DNA of 50,769 nt from Girardia tigrina (taxonomy: Eukaryota): the NCBI GenBank assembly GCA_001938485.1, contig MQRK01249966.1:1-50769 (forward strand), in the 5' to 3' direction. This document shows positions 13,233 to 23,560 of this stretch, in pieces. The position numbers and the translations under genes were made by a program. The first letter of the stretch is position 1; each line of letters opens with the position of its first letter. The notes under the pieces are model-generated. The model was not told the origin of the DNA. It searched no databases and saw nothing but the letters and a program-made list of their open reading frames with translations.

Positions 13233-16200
13233 GCTATTGAGGAAGAAGAATTAAATATCCTTGTAATATTTAACGTGGAAATATCATTGTTTAAACGACT
13301 TATGTGTTTAAACACTCTTTCTGATCTGGCGCTTAGTTTATGAGGTCTGCCTCCACGTGGTTGATCTTTCACTTATCCTGTTTTTAAATACTTCGCCCAT
13401 ATTTTTTGCATTCCACGTTTTGAAATATTTCTATTATATCTTCTAAATAGTTTGACCTTTATTTGATTCCATGTACTTCCTTCATTTTTAAGCGCAACAA
13501 TCATACCACGTTTAAATTCCCTAAATACTCTTGGCATTTAATTTATCTAAAATTTAAAAAAATAAGTCATTAATGAAAATTTCAATATTTAACATATAAA
13601 TTCAAATGTGTAGCATAAAAAACTATATATAAACAAATATTCAAAATTAATATGACGTAAAATTTTTAGTTAGAAAATAAGTAATCAAAATACGAGGGGT
13701 GAACAGATTTATGAATCATACTGCATATATATAATATTGAGTCTTGTGAACGCAAGTTTAGTATTTCGAAAATATAATTTGATTAAAGCTTTTTTTATAT
13801 AATTATTGGACATGTTTCGATGTTTTTCATGTTTCCGAAAATTGTTGATGATGATGTATGTAAAAATCATAGAATTCAATTAGGTGGCCCTCTCTCCCGA
13901 TCTCTTCTAGTGCCTTCCTAATTTTTGATAATTGTGACACTCAAAAACTTATCGTGAAATAATACTAGTTGTGAGGAATGTTTTGAATTGCTTGTTGATA
14001 TTGTGCATGTCGGATTGTGTCTCTTCTATCCAGATGGCTGATTGGTATTTTCTTTAATTCTTATTAATTAAAATAATTTAACTTAATTTTAAAGTAAAAA
14101 GATTTAAAATAATTTTCGAATGCAATATTTAATTTTTAATGTAATTTATAATAAAATATATTAATTGATCCTTTTATAAATTGTTTAGAAAATAGTTTTG
14201 TTTAAAACTTAGTTTGAATTTAGAAATATATTGATCAAGAAAATGTCAAATAGCGAAAGTCTTTTGAATAATTGTTGTCATTATAATTGTAAGTAGCGTT
14301 TATGCCACTTTCATTATTATCACATTCTAAAGCCATAATTTAACACCACCAAAAATTTATTACTATAACAATTCACATTTCTAAAACAAATTTTCCTGTN
14401 NNNNNNNNNNNNNNNNNNNNNNNNNNNNNNNNNNNNNNNNNNNNNNNNNNNNNNNNNNNNNNNNNATATTTTTGTTTTCTTGACATTTTTAATTTTAAGA
14501 TATTTAATATTATTTAGATACATTAAAGATATTTTTTATTTTTAAATAAATATTTTACTTTTTTATGATTTTCTTTTATTATATGATTTTTAATTTTTTA
14601 AAATATTTAATAAGTAAATTAACATAAAAATATTTTACCCTTTAAATTAAAAAAATAATAAACTATTCAGGCGAGATAAAAATTTAAAATTAACACCTCA
14701 TAATAATAATGATTGTGGTGTTAATAAATGTTTGAAGAATCATATTGATGTTGTTAATACTGGTAAAAATAAATAAATATAGTTAAAATAACTCGAAAAT
14801 AAGGTTAGCAAGTTAGGTTTAAATTGTGATAATAAATGAAAAACCTGAAAGAAATTCTTTATTTCATATGTCAGAGAGAGATGTGAGGAATTTCCAATCT
14901 TTTTCGTTTAAATTTTTAAGTTTGCGTGAAAGAGCCAGGTTCTTTTTATATCCTAGTAAAATGTGGATCTATCATATCCTAAAAACGGATCTAATTCGGC
15001 AAAACAATGTAAAAATTACTATAGAATTCATTTGGGCATCCCTCTTCCCTTAAGTTAAGTCATTAAATTGTGACGATTGAAGAATAACTTGGAAAAAAAT
15101 TCTTTTGTGTCAGGGAGAAATGGGAGAAACGTTCAGTCTTTTGCTTACTTTTCGAGTGCAATAAACAAAAAAATCCTGGATGTATTTGGTTATGGTTCCC
15201 CAACAGTTTAAGAGTTTAAATCTATGGAAAGTTTAACTTTAACAGCATGTTGGACATTTGCTTTTGTACATTATCTTCATTGGAGTTGTTCAAGTGTCTC
15301 TAATGTTCCACGTTTATAAGAAATTTGTTTCTGCTATTTTAAAAATTTTTAATAAATTATTTTATTTTGATTTCAAAAAAATGATAATTTTTAAATAATT
15401 TCATAAATTAATGATTAAATCAAACGGTAAGTTAGCAATTAAACTCAAATAACACCATTTCAACTTTAAATTTTCATTGGAAAACATGTTTCGCCACTTT
15501 TGTGTCATCTTCAGTTCTGTATTTAATTAGAAAGTTATTGTTTATATAGTAAGATGACCATTACGTCACAATGTGTTACGTCAAAATACTCTAATCTGAT
15601 TGGACGAATCACTTTGCATATTTAAACTAGGTGTACAAAACTTTATTAACAGTGCTTCAGTAAATGTCCTTTCATAATTGTCATCAAAGTTACTAATCAA
15701 AAAATTCCATATTCCGAAGGTGCTGGGATTTTAAACAAATTTCAAAAAAACAGGCCCCAGTAGGTGTTACAATTAAAATATTGTTTCTAACTAATAAAAT
15801 TTCTTATTATTTTTCAAATAAATCTAAAACACAATTGGGTATGAAAGCAAATTTAGTTTACCAATATAAATGTCACAAGTGTGAATCCTTGTACATTGGA
15901 GAGACAAATCGTCACCTCCGATCTAGAATTGCAGAACATACCCAATCAAGTAGAATAAGCTCAATTTTGGACCACACAGTGAAATGTCATGGAACTCAGA
16001 TGATGGTATTTGATAATGATTTTCGGGTTTTGATTAGTAACTTTGATGACTGTGAGGATAATTAGATGTATATAAGTATTTATACAGTGTCATGTGGTTA
16101 ACTGTAGTTAACCAGCATTTAAGAAAAAATGGCGGATTCTGATTTTTTCTTAATTAGGCTGATAAATTTATTTGTTAAATTTAAAACAGTAAGATTTTTT

Positions 16201-19200
16201 TATAATATTTATTTACAGAACAATTATTACAAAAATTAAGATGTTTCTGCATTCAATCACCGTGGATATCGTTCTTCAGAATGCAGTCAACAAAGAATTT
16301 CTTCAGATGATGGAAGTAATTGGACATATCTTTGTTGCTTTCATTTGCTGCCACAGCCTCGATTTTCTACTGCAAAACGACCAGCCTTTGGTGATGGCTT
16401 AGTGTCAGGAGGCCTGGATGGTTTGTTATTGCTGTCCTGACTTCCCGCTTCATTTTTGCGAAAAATGCCTCATTTGGATTGAGGAATGGAGAATATGGCG
16501 GCAAATTGACCATTTCATGATTGGAGACAGTGTTGGAATGGATTCTCGCATTATCCTGGATTAAATAATGCGGTGTCCCTGGCAGAATCCTCGATAAATC
16601 GTTTATGAATGATTGATATTTGGCATGATCCACACTGCCACAGTATAATTTAATTAGCAGGATACCCTTCCTGCCTATTGCCATAATGAGGGACATATTT
16701 TTCCCCTGTTTGTTGGGATGACAATATTCACCGGATTACCTCTCTTTGAACGACCGAATTGGCGGCTGGTCCATAAATTAATCCGATTTCGTCAATGTAA
16801 ACACATTGACTAATTCGCCAATCTTCCTTCATAAATCAGCAGGCATATTGAAATCGGAGGTCCTTCACTCGATCAGAATTTCGTTCTTGGACGGAGCCCC
16901 TGATCTTCTTAATGGTAATTAATTTACCGGTGAGGAAGCGGGAAATTGTGGATTCCGATATATTNNNNNNNNNNNNNNNNNNNNNNNNNNNNNNNNNNNN
17001 NNNNAATGTGGATTGCGGTTTCTCCTCCACATACCGAATTATCGTCTCGCCGATTTCGTCGGTAATAATGGATTTCTTGTGGCCTCCATGTTTACCGACC
17101 GATAGGAGACCGCATTTTTGATATTTATATATGATGTTCTTTGCAGCTGATTGGGATATATCCAGCTGCCTTGCAGGAGTCAAATAGTCCTCTGACATAT
17201 TGTAGGCTCTGACGAGTCTTTCTTTGTCGATTAGACTTATTCTTGAATAATTTTATTATTTTAATTTTAAATTGTAAATAAAAATTACGATTTGCGAGTT
17301 TTCTTTATCCGACATGGTTGTGTTTTTTGGCTGTCCTCGGTATCGCTGCTATGATTATTTAATAAAATATCATGATTGACAATAAAGTACCTTATTTCAG
17401 TGTCATCGGCACTGCTAACGGGCGATAAATTGTAATGTTCCAGCATTTTTGAAATTTAATTTTTTTACTCTTAAAGTCTGGATTCACTCTTAAACGCTGG
17501 CAAATCAGGTGTGTATGAGGTATGTATGAGGTGTGTTTTTGTCTCTGTATGTATGTATTGTATGTGTGTTTTGTGTGTATGAGGGGTAGAACATTCTTTT
17601 CTATAATATAAACTATTCTTCAATGCTGTGAGTTATTTTTATCATCTGTTTAAACGATTTTTATGATTTTTAATTGGCTATTTATTTTTAGATTTCCAAT
17701 TTTCATTTGGATTTTTCAAACGAACGATGTTAAGTCACTGTTAATTGCCAGTGACTGTAATAACATATTTCTATTTATAATTATAATATATTAATGGATC
17801 CAAAGTATTCTTAATAAAAATCTCCTGTGTTTTAATATTCAGAAAATTTGTAACAGATTCAAATTATTGTGTAATTTGTTATTAAAAATAAATGTTGGAA
17901 AATTCTTATAATGACAATTATGAAAGGACGATTACTGAAGCACTCTTGCTAAAGTTTTGTAAACCTAGTTTAAATGTGCAAAGTGATTTGTCCAATCATA
18001 TTAGAGTATTTTGACGTAACACATTTTGTCATAATGGTCATATAAATAATATTTGTCTAAAAAGTGTGTTTGGTTGTCAGTCACGCTTTTCAATGTTAAA
18101 TTGCGGACGAACTGGAATGAATCTTCAGTGAAAATTCTGTATAAGAAACGTTGCCTGTGACAATGGGTTCCTTGGTGTCGAGTGAGATTTTGAGCAGCAA
18201 TGGAAAGCCGCTGATCCCTCTGTTTTTGGGTGAGTTCGTGCGGGACCCAAGCTCCAAGCTTTTGAGTGAAACCCATGGACTGAAGATGGCGTGAAATTGT
18301 CGCAAAATCACAATTCATCTTTTCGGCCAATTCTCTGCATGTCTGGCGGCCATCTTCCTTCAAAAGAACCCCGAGTTGGTCCTCGTCCATCTCGACTGGT
18401 CTTCCGGAACGAGGAGCGTCGTTGAGGTCGAAATTATCGTGTTTGAACCTGGCAAACCAATCCAGAGCAGTTCTCTCAGCTAAAGCGTCCTCTCCATACA
18501 CGGCACAAATATCTCTGGTAGCTTCACTCGATTTTTGACCTCGATTAAAGGCGAAAAGAAGGAGGTGTCGAAAATGCGATTTTTTGTCGACTTGACAATC
18601 CATTTGACGGTTCTAAAAAAAGACAAAAAAATAATATAGGCAAAAACGATTACTTTAATCTTGTAGAGCATAGTACGGGCTTTCTAATGGTATATAACAC
18701 TTCGCCAAACATCAAAAAGTCTTTGTAGAACAAATAGTTTCATGTAACGGCGGGAACTTATGCAACAACCCAATAATTACGATTTAAAAATAAAAACAGA
18801 AACTTTCAAAGTCGGAAATTCAGCTCACCCGTCATTTATGACGGGTCTTTTTCTAGTCTTACTATATAAACAATAACTTTTCACTTTAATACAGAACTAA
18901 AGATGCCACAAAAGTGGCGAAACATGTTTTCCAATGAAAATTTAAAGTTGAAATGGTGTTATTTGAGTTTAATTCCATTAATTATTTTAATTTATTTCCA
19001 GAAAAAATCATTTATTTCAACTTTTAAATTAAATTTTTTAATTAAAACTAAAAATTTTAAATATTTTTTCCTAGAAAGAAAATTATTAATTTTAATTCGA
19101 TTTTGAGAATTTGGATGTTTTATTTCAAAATAAAATAATATTTTCGGAAATGAATTGAAATAATTTATTAAATATTTTGTAAAACGATTAAAGAAATATC

Positions 19201-20375
19201 AGAAATCAAGTTCTAATAAAACCGAAACAAAAGAAAACTTAAATGATTTAAGTAAAGCGGTTTAAGTTATTTTTTCCATTAATTTAATCAATTCTTTTAC
19301 TTTAATTTTATTTCCTTTATTTAAAATTTTAAATATTTTTTTAATTATTTGATTCAGTTAATATTTGATAATTTTAAAATATTTTTCCTGGAATGAATAT
19401 CGATTTTCTCTTCTTATAATTTGTTAATAATTCGATTTTGAGCATTTAGAAAAATCGATATTTATTTCGAAATAAAAGAATAATTTTCAGAAATTAATTA
19501 AAATAATTGTAGAAAAATAGCAGAAACGAAATTCTAATGCAACCGAAACAAAAGAGACATTTAAACAACTTAAATGATTTAAGTAAAGCGGTTAAACTTA
19601 GCACAGATTTAATTGCTACTGGTGAACACTGAAAATCACGAGGAAAGAAAAGAAGACAAGCAACATTGTCCGGAGGAGAGTGACAGAAATATTAGGTAAA
19701 AGACCGGAATCAATAGAAGAGATGATTAACAGAAGGAAGCTAAAATTCTAAAAAGGCACTTGCGAAGGTTATGATTGAAGAAAGAGTGGAAGGAGAAAGT
19801 CCAAAGAGACAATGGACACCCGATTCAAAATAATGGAGTGGATTTAGCATGAAAGGATTGAGAAGAGAGGCTACAGATAGAGATACGTGGTGAAAGCTTG
19901 TGGATAATAATGACTAAGTTCCAAAAGAAAGAAAGCGGGTTAAATTAAATTTCTCCATAGATTTACACTCTCAAACTAGTGTGGATCGATAACCAAAAAA
20001 AACCCCAAATAAATTTTAAAAAATCGATAAATACGTCTTCGTCGTCGGCCGGTTTGACAATCTGATATCCGCATTTGTTGCCGTATTTCTTGAGGAACAT
20101 TTTTATGTCGTTTTTTTTCAACTTAAACGGTCGCCAATGGCAACAATCAGACTTGCGGTCGGCGTAATGTTGTTTAGGTTTGATGTGAGTGATCGATTTC
20201 GATATTTTCGCCTGAAATTCGACCCCGATTCGCGACTGAAGAAAACGAGTTTCAAATTATCGATTTGGAATCAGTCGCGATTTACCGAAAAATTATACGA
20301 TTCAGAATTATCGAGAATGTTGTTCGATCGGTATGAACTCAGTAAGGACGATCGTCCTCGATAAAATGTAATCAT
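2431..20375 (-). CDS. MIER1: MIER-family ELM2-SANT corepressor. Exons 20375-20286, 20235-20035, [one exon not located], 2817-2705, 2664-2543, 2497-2431
   Basis: Exon 2 encodes an ELM2 pattern (SRIGVEFQAKI...Y...CHWRPFKLKKNDIKMFLK...DDED). The 3' exons encode a SANT pattern (LSIAECREFEKNFLKHNKNF...FWELIFFYYVWKKSPRYSQF) and a PIGMIDHM tail. GT-AG introns of 50, 40 and 45 nt keep the frame. Family-level call; paralog not resolvable. Confidence 0.75.
3236..3712 (+). mobile_element. Solo LTR, TGTGAGGAA...TTCTTAATA family
   Basis: Highly similar to 27962-28464; 5-bp TSD CAGAT/CAAAT (one mismatch). Confidence 0.8.
3750..6255 (-). mobile_element. IS630/Tc1-like DD34E transposon (pseudogene) split by a mariner insertion
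   Basis: Removing 4704-6062 plus one TA restores MYRALNNTRNHLPNEISRLIIEKV. Motifs IFIDECGFNL and DNARAH-x-LSPHSYMLNPIE (D34E); frameshifts and stops; outer boundaries approximate. Confidence 0.8.
4704..6062 (+). mobile_element. Full-length mariner (DD34D) with inactivated transposase (4873 to ~5920)
   Basis: ~26-bp TIRs TTGGGTTGTTGC(G/A)TAAGTTCCC and TA TSD. Motifs GVPHEL (WVPHEL), TGDEKW, DNARPH, YSPDLAPTD; stops at 5473 and ~5600, frameshift near 5833. Confidence 0.97.
7740..8387 (+). mobile_element. Helitron Pif1-like helicase C-terminal fragment and 3' end
   Basis: EYLNSLTPSGM, MLLRNLNPNKGLFNGT, RRHQFPVMPAFCITIYKSQ*QT and YSR motifs with frameshifts; ends CTAG|T near 8386; may extend upstream to ~6.6 kb. 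Confidence 0.85.
8390..8529 (-). mobile_element. Truncated copy of the TGTGAGGAA LTR family
   Basis: Minus strand reads TGTGAGGAATGTTTG...TGTATGTTGATTT...CCAAGATGG, matching the 5' part of the 3236 and 27962 copies. Confidence 0.65.
8532..8890 (-). pseudogene. Gypsy gag-like fragment
   Basis: ALDAAYRMGSLEAYRKL...FDSIDEYAAETSRLAKK...AFLTCL resembles retrotransposon gag capsid; contains stops. Confidence 0.5.
9072..9262. mobile_element. piggyBac-like MITE
   Basis: Flanked by TTAA on both sides; TIRs CACTAGACTTACCA / TGGTAGTTCTAATG. Confidence 0.7.
9666..10055 (+). mobile_element. Internally deleted mariner (MITE-like, 390 bp)
   Basis: ~35-bp near-perfect TIRs TT(A/G)GGTTGAGGAATAAGTTCCCGCCGTTTTTTGAA with TA TSD; retains only the transposase N- and C-termini. 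Confidence 0.92.
11193..11950 (+). mobile_element. 5'-truncated Penelope-like element between (TA)n tracts (spans an N gap)
   Basis: KIPYSEG motif shared with the element at 15705; 3' tail contains the GAAACATGTC hammerhead half; tail copies at 13735-13830 (-) and 39398-39530 (-). Confidence 0.65.
11976..12016 (-). ncRNA. Minimal type I hammerhead ribozyme
   Basis: Minus strand reads GAC-CUGAUGA-U-GGGAU(uuuuauu)AUUUC-GAAA-CGCG-UC-GUC: complete core, helix I GAC/GUC, G-U-rich helix II, palindromic helix III. Confidence 0.75.
12198..13723 (-). mobile_element. Tc1-like DD34E-type transposon, degenerate; ORF interrupted by a (TA)n microsatellite
   Basis: TIRs CAGTATGATTCATAA(G/A)TCTGTTCACC; motifs VIFSDE, VWGCFS, WSGNSPDANPIENVW; ATG at 13537. 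Confidence 0.92.
13735..13830 (-). repeat. Penelope-like 3' tail copy (inverted relative to 11859-11950)
   Basis: Reverse complement of 11863-11950, including GAAACATGTCCAAT. Confidence 0.75.
13970..14323 (+). mobile_element. Divergent LTR related to the TGTGAGGAA family
   Basis: Starts TGTGAGGAATG, shares the CCAGATGG...ATTGGTATTTT core, ends TTATCACA; no TSD found. Confidence 0.5.
15430..15703 (-). mobile_element. Inverted 3' segment (pLTR) of Penelope-like element, with a hammerhead motif at 15480-15517
   Basis: Reverse complement of 16032-16050 + 17916-18040 + 18857-18975; contains CUGAAGA-U-GACAC AAAA GUGGC-GAAA-CAUG-UU. Confidence 0.8.
16051..17910 (+). mobile_element. Solo LTR (TGTGAGGA...TTCTTATA) inserted in the Penelope ORF and itself hosting a DNA transposon
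   Basis: Perfect 5-bp TSD ATGAC (16046-16050 and 17911-17915); removal rejoins the Penelope sequence as seen in the inverted copy. Confidence 0.8.
16085..17515 (-). mobile_element. IS630/Tc1-like transposon with apparent DD27E triad, degraded
   Basis: HTH ORF 16836-17198; IDEIG motif; QDNARIHSNTVSNHEMVNLPPYSPFLNPNE; imperfect termini around CCAGC(A/G)TTTAAGA; boundaries approximate. Confidence 0.8.
18041..18856 (+). mobile_element. Non-autonomous Helitron inserted at A|T in the Penelope 3' UTR
   Basis: The inverted copy shows the empty site GGTCA|TCTTACT with no TSD; 3' hairpin ACCCGTCAT-tt-ATGACGGGT plus CTAG. Confidence 0.8.
18122..18773 (-). mobile_element. 5' half of mariner, same family as 4704-6062
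   Basis: Same TIR at 18748-18773 with TA; ORF from 18603 is nearly identical to the 4873 ORF and breaks at the TGDE motif. Confidence 0.95.
19605..19915 (+). mobile_element. RTE-type LINE 3' fragment
   Basis: CYW*TLKITRKEKKTSNIVR...IEEMINRRKLKF...SPKRQW...GLRREATDRDTW*KLV, typical of an RTE ORF C-terminus. Confidence 0.7.
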
Positions 20376-21160
20376 TTGAATGAAAATTCCATTTGACAGA
20401 AAATATTACTTTTATAAAATAAAAAACTGTTGTTTTGATTGCAATTTTCTTCGGGACTAATATGACAGTCGATATCGATCACTAATTTACTAGACACACT
20501 GTCGATATCGGAATTATCTTCCATTTATAAAAGATTTTAAATAATTTTCGAAAAATTAAAAAATCTAAATTTAGTTATTTATTTTTTTATTCAGATAAAC
20601 AAAACTTTTCGAATGACATTTATGTTTAATTTATGTAAATTTGAACATTATTTTTTGAAGCCATACTGTTCTTGGCATTTTTTATTATGTTTTCCTAATT
20701 TTTAAACGTTATTTTTTCATGATTTTGTTTTTTGTTGATCTAATTTGCGTTAAAAAAATTAAACAATAGTATTCGTTGTACTTACAATATATACTTCAAA
20801 AATGCCCGTAAGATATAATGGATCAGCTGAATTTTTTAATCTTTGAAAGTTTCCGTTCTTATTTTCAAATCGTAATTATTATAATTTATTATTCATTGCT
20901 GCATTTACGTGTTGATTTAACAGTCCATCAATTAAGTCAGCTCCGGTGCTAATCGGCCAAGTCTCTGCACAGACAGAACCTTCTTGAGGTGGGTTATGCA
21001 AATTGACATCAACTTTATACGGATTCACTTCATGTTCCTCAACCATTTTGCATTTTATGAGCATATATATGATCATAGTAAAATTTGAGCGTGAACGACA
21101 AACAGTGATTCAAATGATAACGAAATTTTACAAATGTATACTAAATTGATTTTTAGAATA

Positions 21161-22665
21161 CTCAGCGTCATAATTTTTTCCACTTTTTCTTTTATAATGT
21201 AATTAAGTCATAATTTAAATGATCGCTTATCAATTCTTATAAATTAAAAAAAAATTCAAGACTTTGATTTCTACCTAATTTAATTCATTATTATGACTTG
21301 TTTAAATTAATCAATTACATTTTAAAAATATTTACTTTTTTAAAAGCGTCATAATTATTTCCATTTATATATTTTTTATACATGTATTATATTTTATCAA
21401 AATATTTGTAAATACCTGAATTTATTATGTTGTTTTAGATATTAAAATGTATTCAGAAGAATTGAAGAAAGTTGCTTTGAATCTGAGAAGTGGTAATAAA
21501 ACATTTGAAGAAATTGGAAAAATTCTAGGTATTACTAAAGAGGTTGCTAGACAATTGTGTCGGTATAAAAGTGTAAAAATACCAAGAAAACGAGGGCCAA
21601 AATTTAAAATTGTCAGCAGAGACAAATTGTGTATTAAACGAGCAATTTCTGCNNNNNNNNNNNNNNNNNNNNNNNNNNNNNNNNNAAAAATTTTAAAGGA
21701 GACTAAAATTGACGTTAGCAAGCGTACACTACAAAGATATATGAAACGTAATGAATATAAATACATCAAAGCAAGACGGAAAATTTATCTCACAAAGGCC
21801 CACAAACAGATTCGAGTCCAAACCATAACTGAATGGTTTTCGAATAACCAAAACTGGCAGATAACAGCTTTCAGCGACGAGAAGAAATTTAATCTGGACG
21901 GCCCAGATCATTGGTGCACGTATACGAATGAAAATGAAAAATATTTTCTTGAAAGCAGGCAATGTAAAGGGGGTGGAATTATGATATGGGCAATGATACT
22001 GCTCAATGGTTTGATAGCTCATAGATTTCTGAAAGGGAAATTTAAATCAAATAACTATGTACAGTTATTGCAAGAAGTAGTAGTGCCTATATTAAAACTT
22101 AACTATGGAGAAAATGTATTTTATAAGGATGATAATTGCTCCGTACATCGGGCATTCTGCGTAAAAGAATTTATGAAATCGACAGGTATAAACACTTCAA
22201 AATGGCCATCGAAGAGTCCAGGCATAAATCCTACAGAGGATGTTTGGAAAATGATATCAGAACGCGTATACGATGGTCCTCAATTTTATTCAACTGGTAC
22301 TTTAATGCAAAAGATCAATGAAGAGATAAATCACATAAANNNNNNNNNNNNNNNNNNNNNNNNNNNNNNNNNNNNNNNNNNNNNNNNNNNNNNNNNNNNN
22401 NNNNNNNNNNNNNNNNNNNNNNNNNNNNNNNNNNNNNNNNNNNNNNNNNNNNNNNNNNNNNNNNNNNNNNNNNNNNNNNNNNNNNNNNNNNNNNNNNNNN
22501 NNNNNNNNNNNNNNNNNNNNNNNNNNNNNNNNNNNNNNNNNTATTTAACTATCGAGAAATAGCTTAAGCAATTGTCTAATATTACAATATATAAGGAATT
22601 AACATATTGCTTTATAATGAATATTAATTAAAAATTTAAAAAGCGGAAAAAAATATGACGCTGAG
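21161..22665 (+). mobile_element. Tc3-like DD34E transposon, full length
   Basis: TIRs CTCAGCGTCATA..TTTTTTCC with TA TSD. Confidence 0.93.
21447..22339 (+). CDS. Tc3-like transposase (open up to the N gap; true stop lies in or after the gap)
   Basis: FSDEKKFNLDGPD, GGGIMIWA and DNCSVH-x-WPSKSPGINPTE (D34E); no stops in the sequenced part. Confidence 0.88.
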
Positions 22666-22699
22666 TAAAATAAAATTAGTAAATAAGTGATAAAAATAG

Positions 22700-22855
22700 T
22701 CATTTATCAATTGAATCAATATGTTTGTAAGTACTTTCCATTATAAAAAGAATCACATCAAATATCGCAAAATTTATTAATATCCAAAAATGTGCCAAAA
22801 CACAATATTAAAACAAATCAGGAGTTTATAAAATTAATCTGGATCCAAATTACAA

Positions 22856-22906
<51 letters not shown>

Positions 22907-23560
22907 ATATGATAATTTAATATAAATATTAATATATAAGTTAATTTTCCTCACATCCCCCTTCTTTTAGTCCCTCTATATATTGACATATCAAACAGCC
23001 TGTTTAAATTTCTAATTCTACACTCCGGTGGTGTATATTCCGAATAATCTGATATGGCCCTTCATATCGATCTGTTCCTTTTAATCTATTTTCAACTTTC
23101 AACAATACCAAATCCCCTTGTTTAAAACATCGTTTCTGTAACTATGTTTAACTTTTTTTGTTTTCCATTTGTTGTACTTCTTCGATAATTTTTTTATTGT
23201 CAAGATCATAACGGCGCGGTCCCTCCAATATTATCCGTTTTCCGAAAACAATTTCTGATGGGCTAAATTTTGTTGTAATCTGCTTAGAAGCATTAATACT
23301 AAATTCAGTTTCCTGTAAGATATCAACCCAATTTTTTCTACCGGTATCTTTCAATGTTGCATTTAGGGTATTTCTAATAGTACGGAACTGGCGTTCTATA
23401 ATCCCATTAGCGCTGTGGTGATATGGGCTTGAAAATTGCAACTTGATTAACATTGATGTGGTAAAATTTGTGAAATATCTTGTTTCAAAAACTTTTCCTC
23501 GATCTACATGAATACATACCGGAGCTCCAAATTTTAATATCCACTACCTCATAATAGCCC
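22700..23560 (-). mobile_element. Gypsy 3' end: integrase fragment, PPT and start of 3' LTR
   Basis: FGAPVCIHVDRGKVF, SSPYHHSANGIIERQFRTI and GPY motifs; PPT AAAAGAAGGGGGA (22968-22956) directly followed by TGTGAGGAA (22955). Confidence 0.88.

Larger units (their letters stand above)
15704..18975 (+). mobile_element. Penelope-like retroelement 3' part (GIY-YIG endonuclease), split into 15704-16050, 17916-18040 and 18857-18975
   Basis: LVYQYKCHKCESLYIGETNRHLRSRIAEH (GIY-YIG with CxxC). After removing inserts it continues DNYERTITEALLLKFCKPSLNVQ...*; hammerhead motif at 18894-18931. Confidence 0.85.

Noticed and set aside
18001-18122. Novel C-terminal extension on the mariner ORF 18603-18001
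   Set aside because: Chance read-through into flanking Helitron/Penelope DNA after truncation
18980-20010. AT-rich ~335-bp tandem duplication with similarity to 15170-15420
   Set aside because: Degraded interspersed repeat split by the LINE fragment; no termini or function could be supported
20137-20364. 75-aa plus-strand ORF
   Set aside because: Antisense shadow of the ELM2 exons; likewise the shadow ORFs over the mariners and DNAJC25 (4938, 5165, 38707, 43036, 50111)
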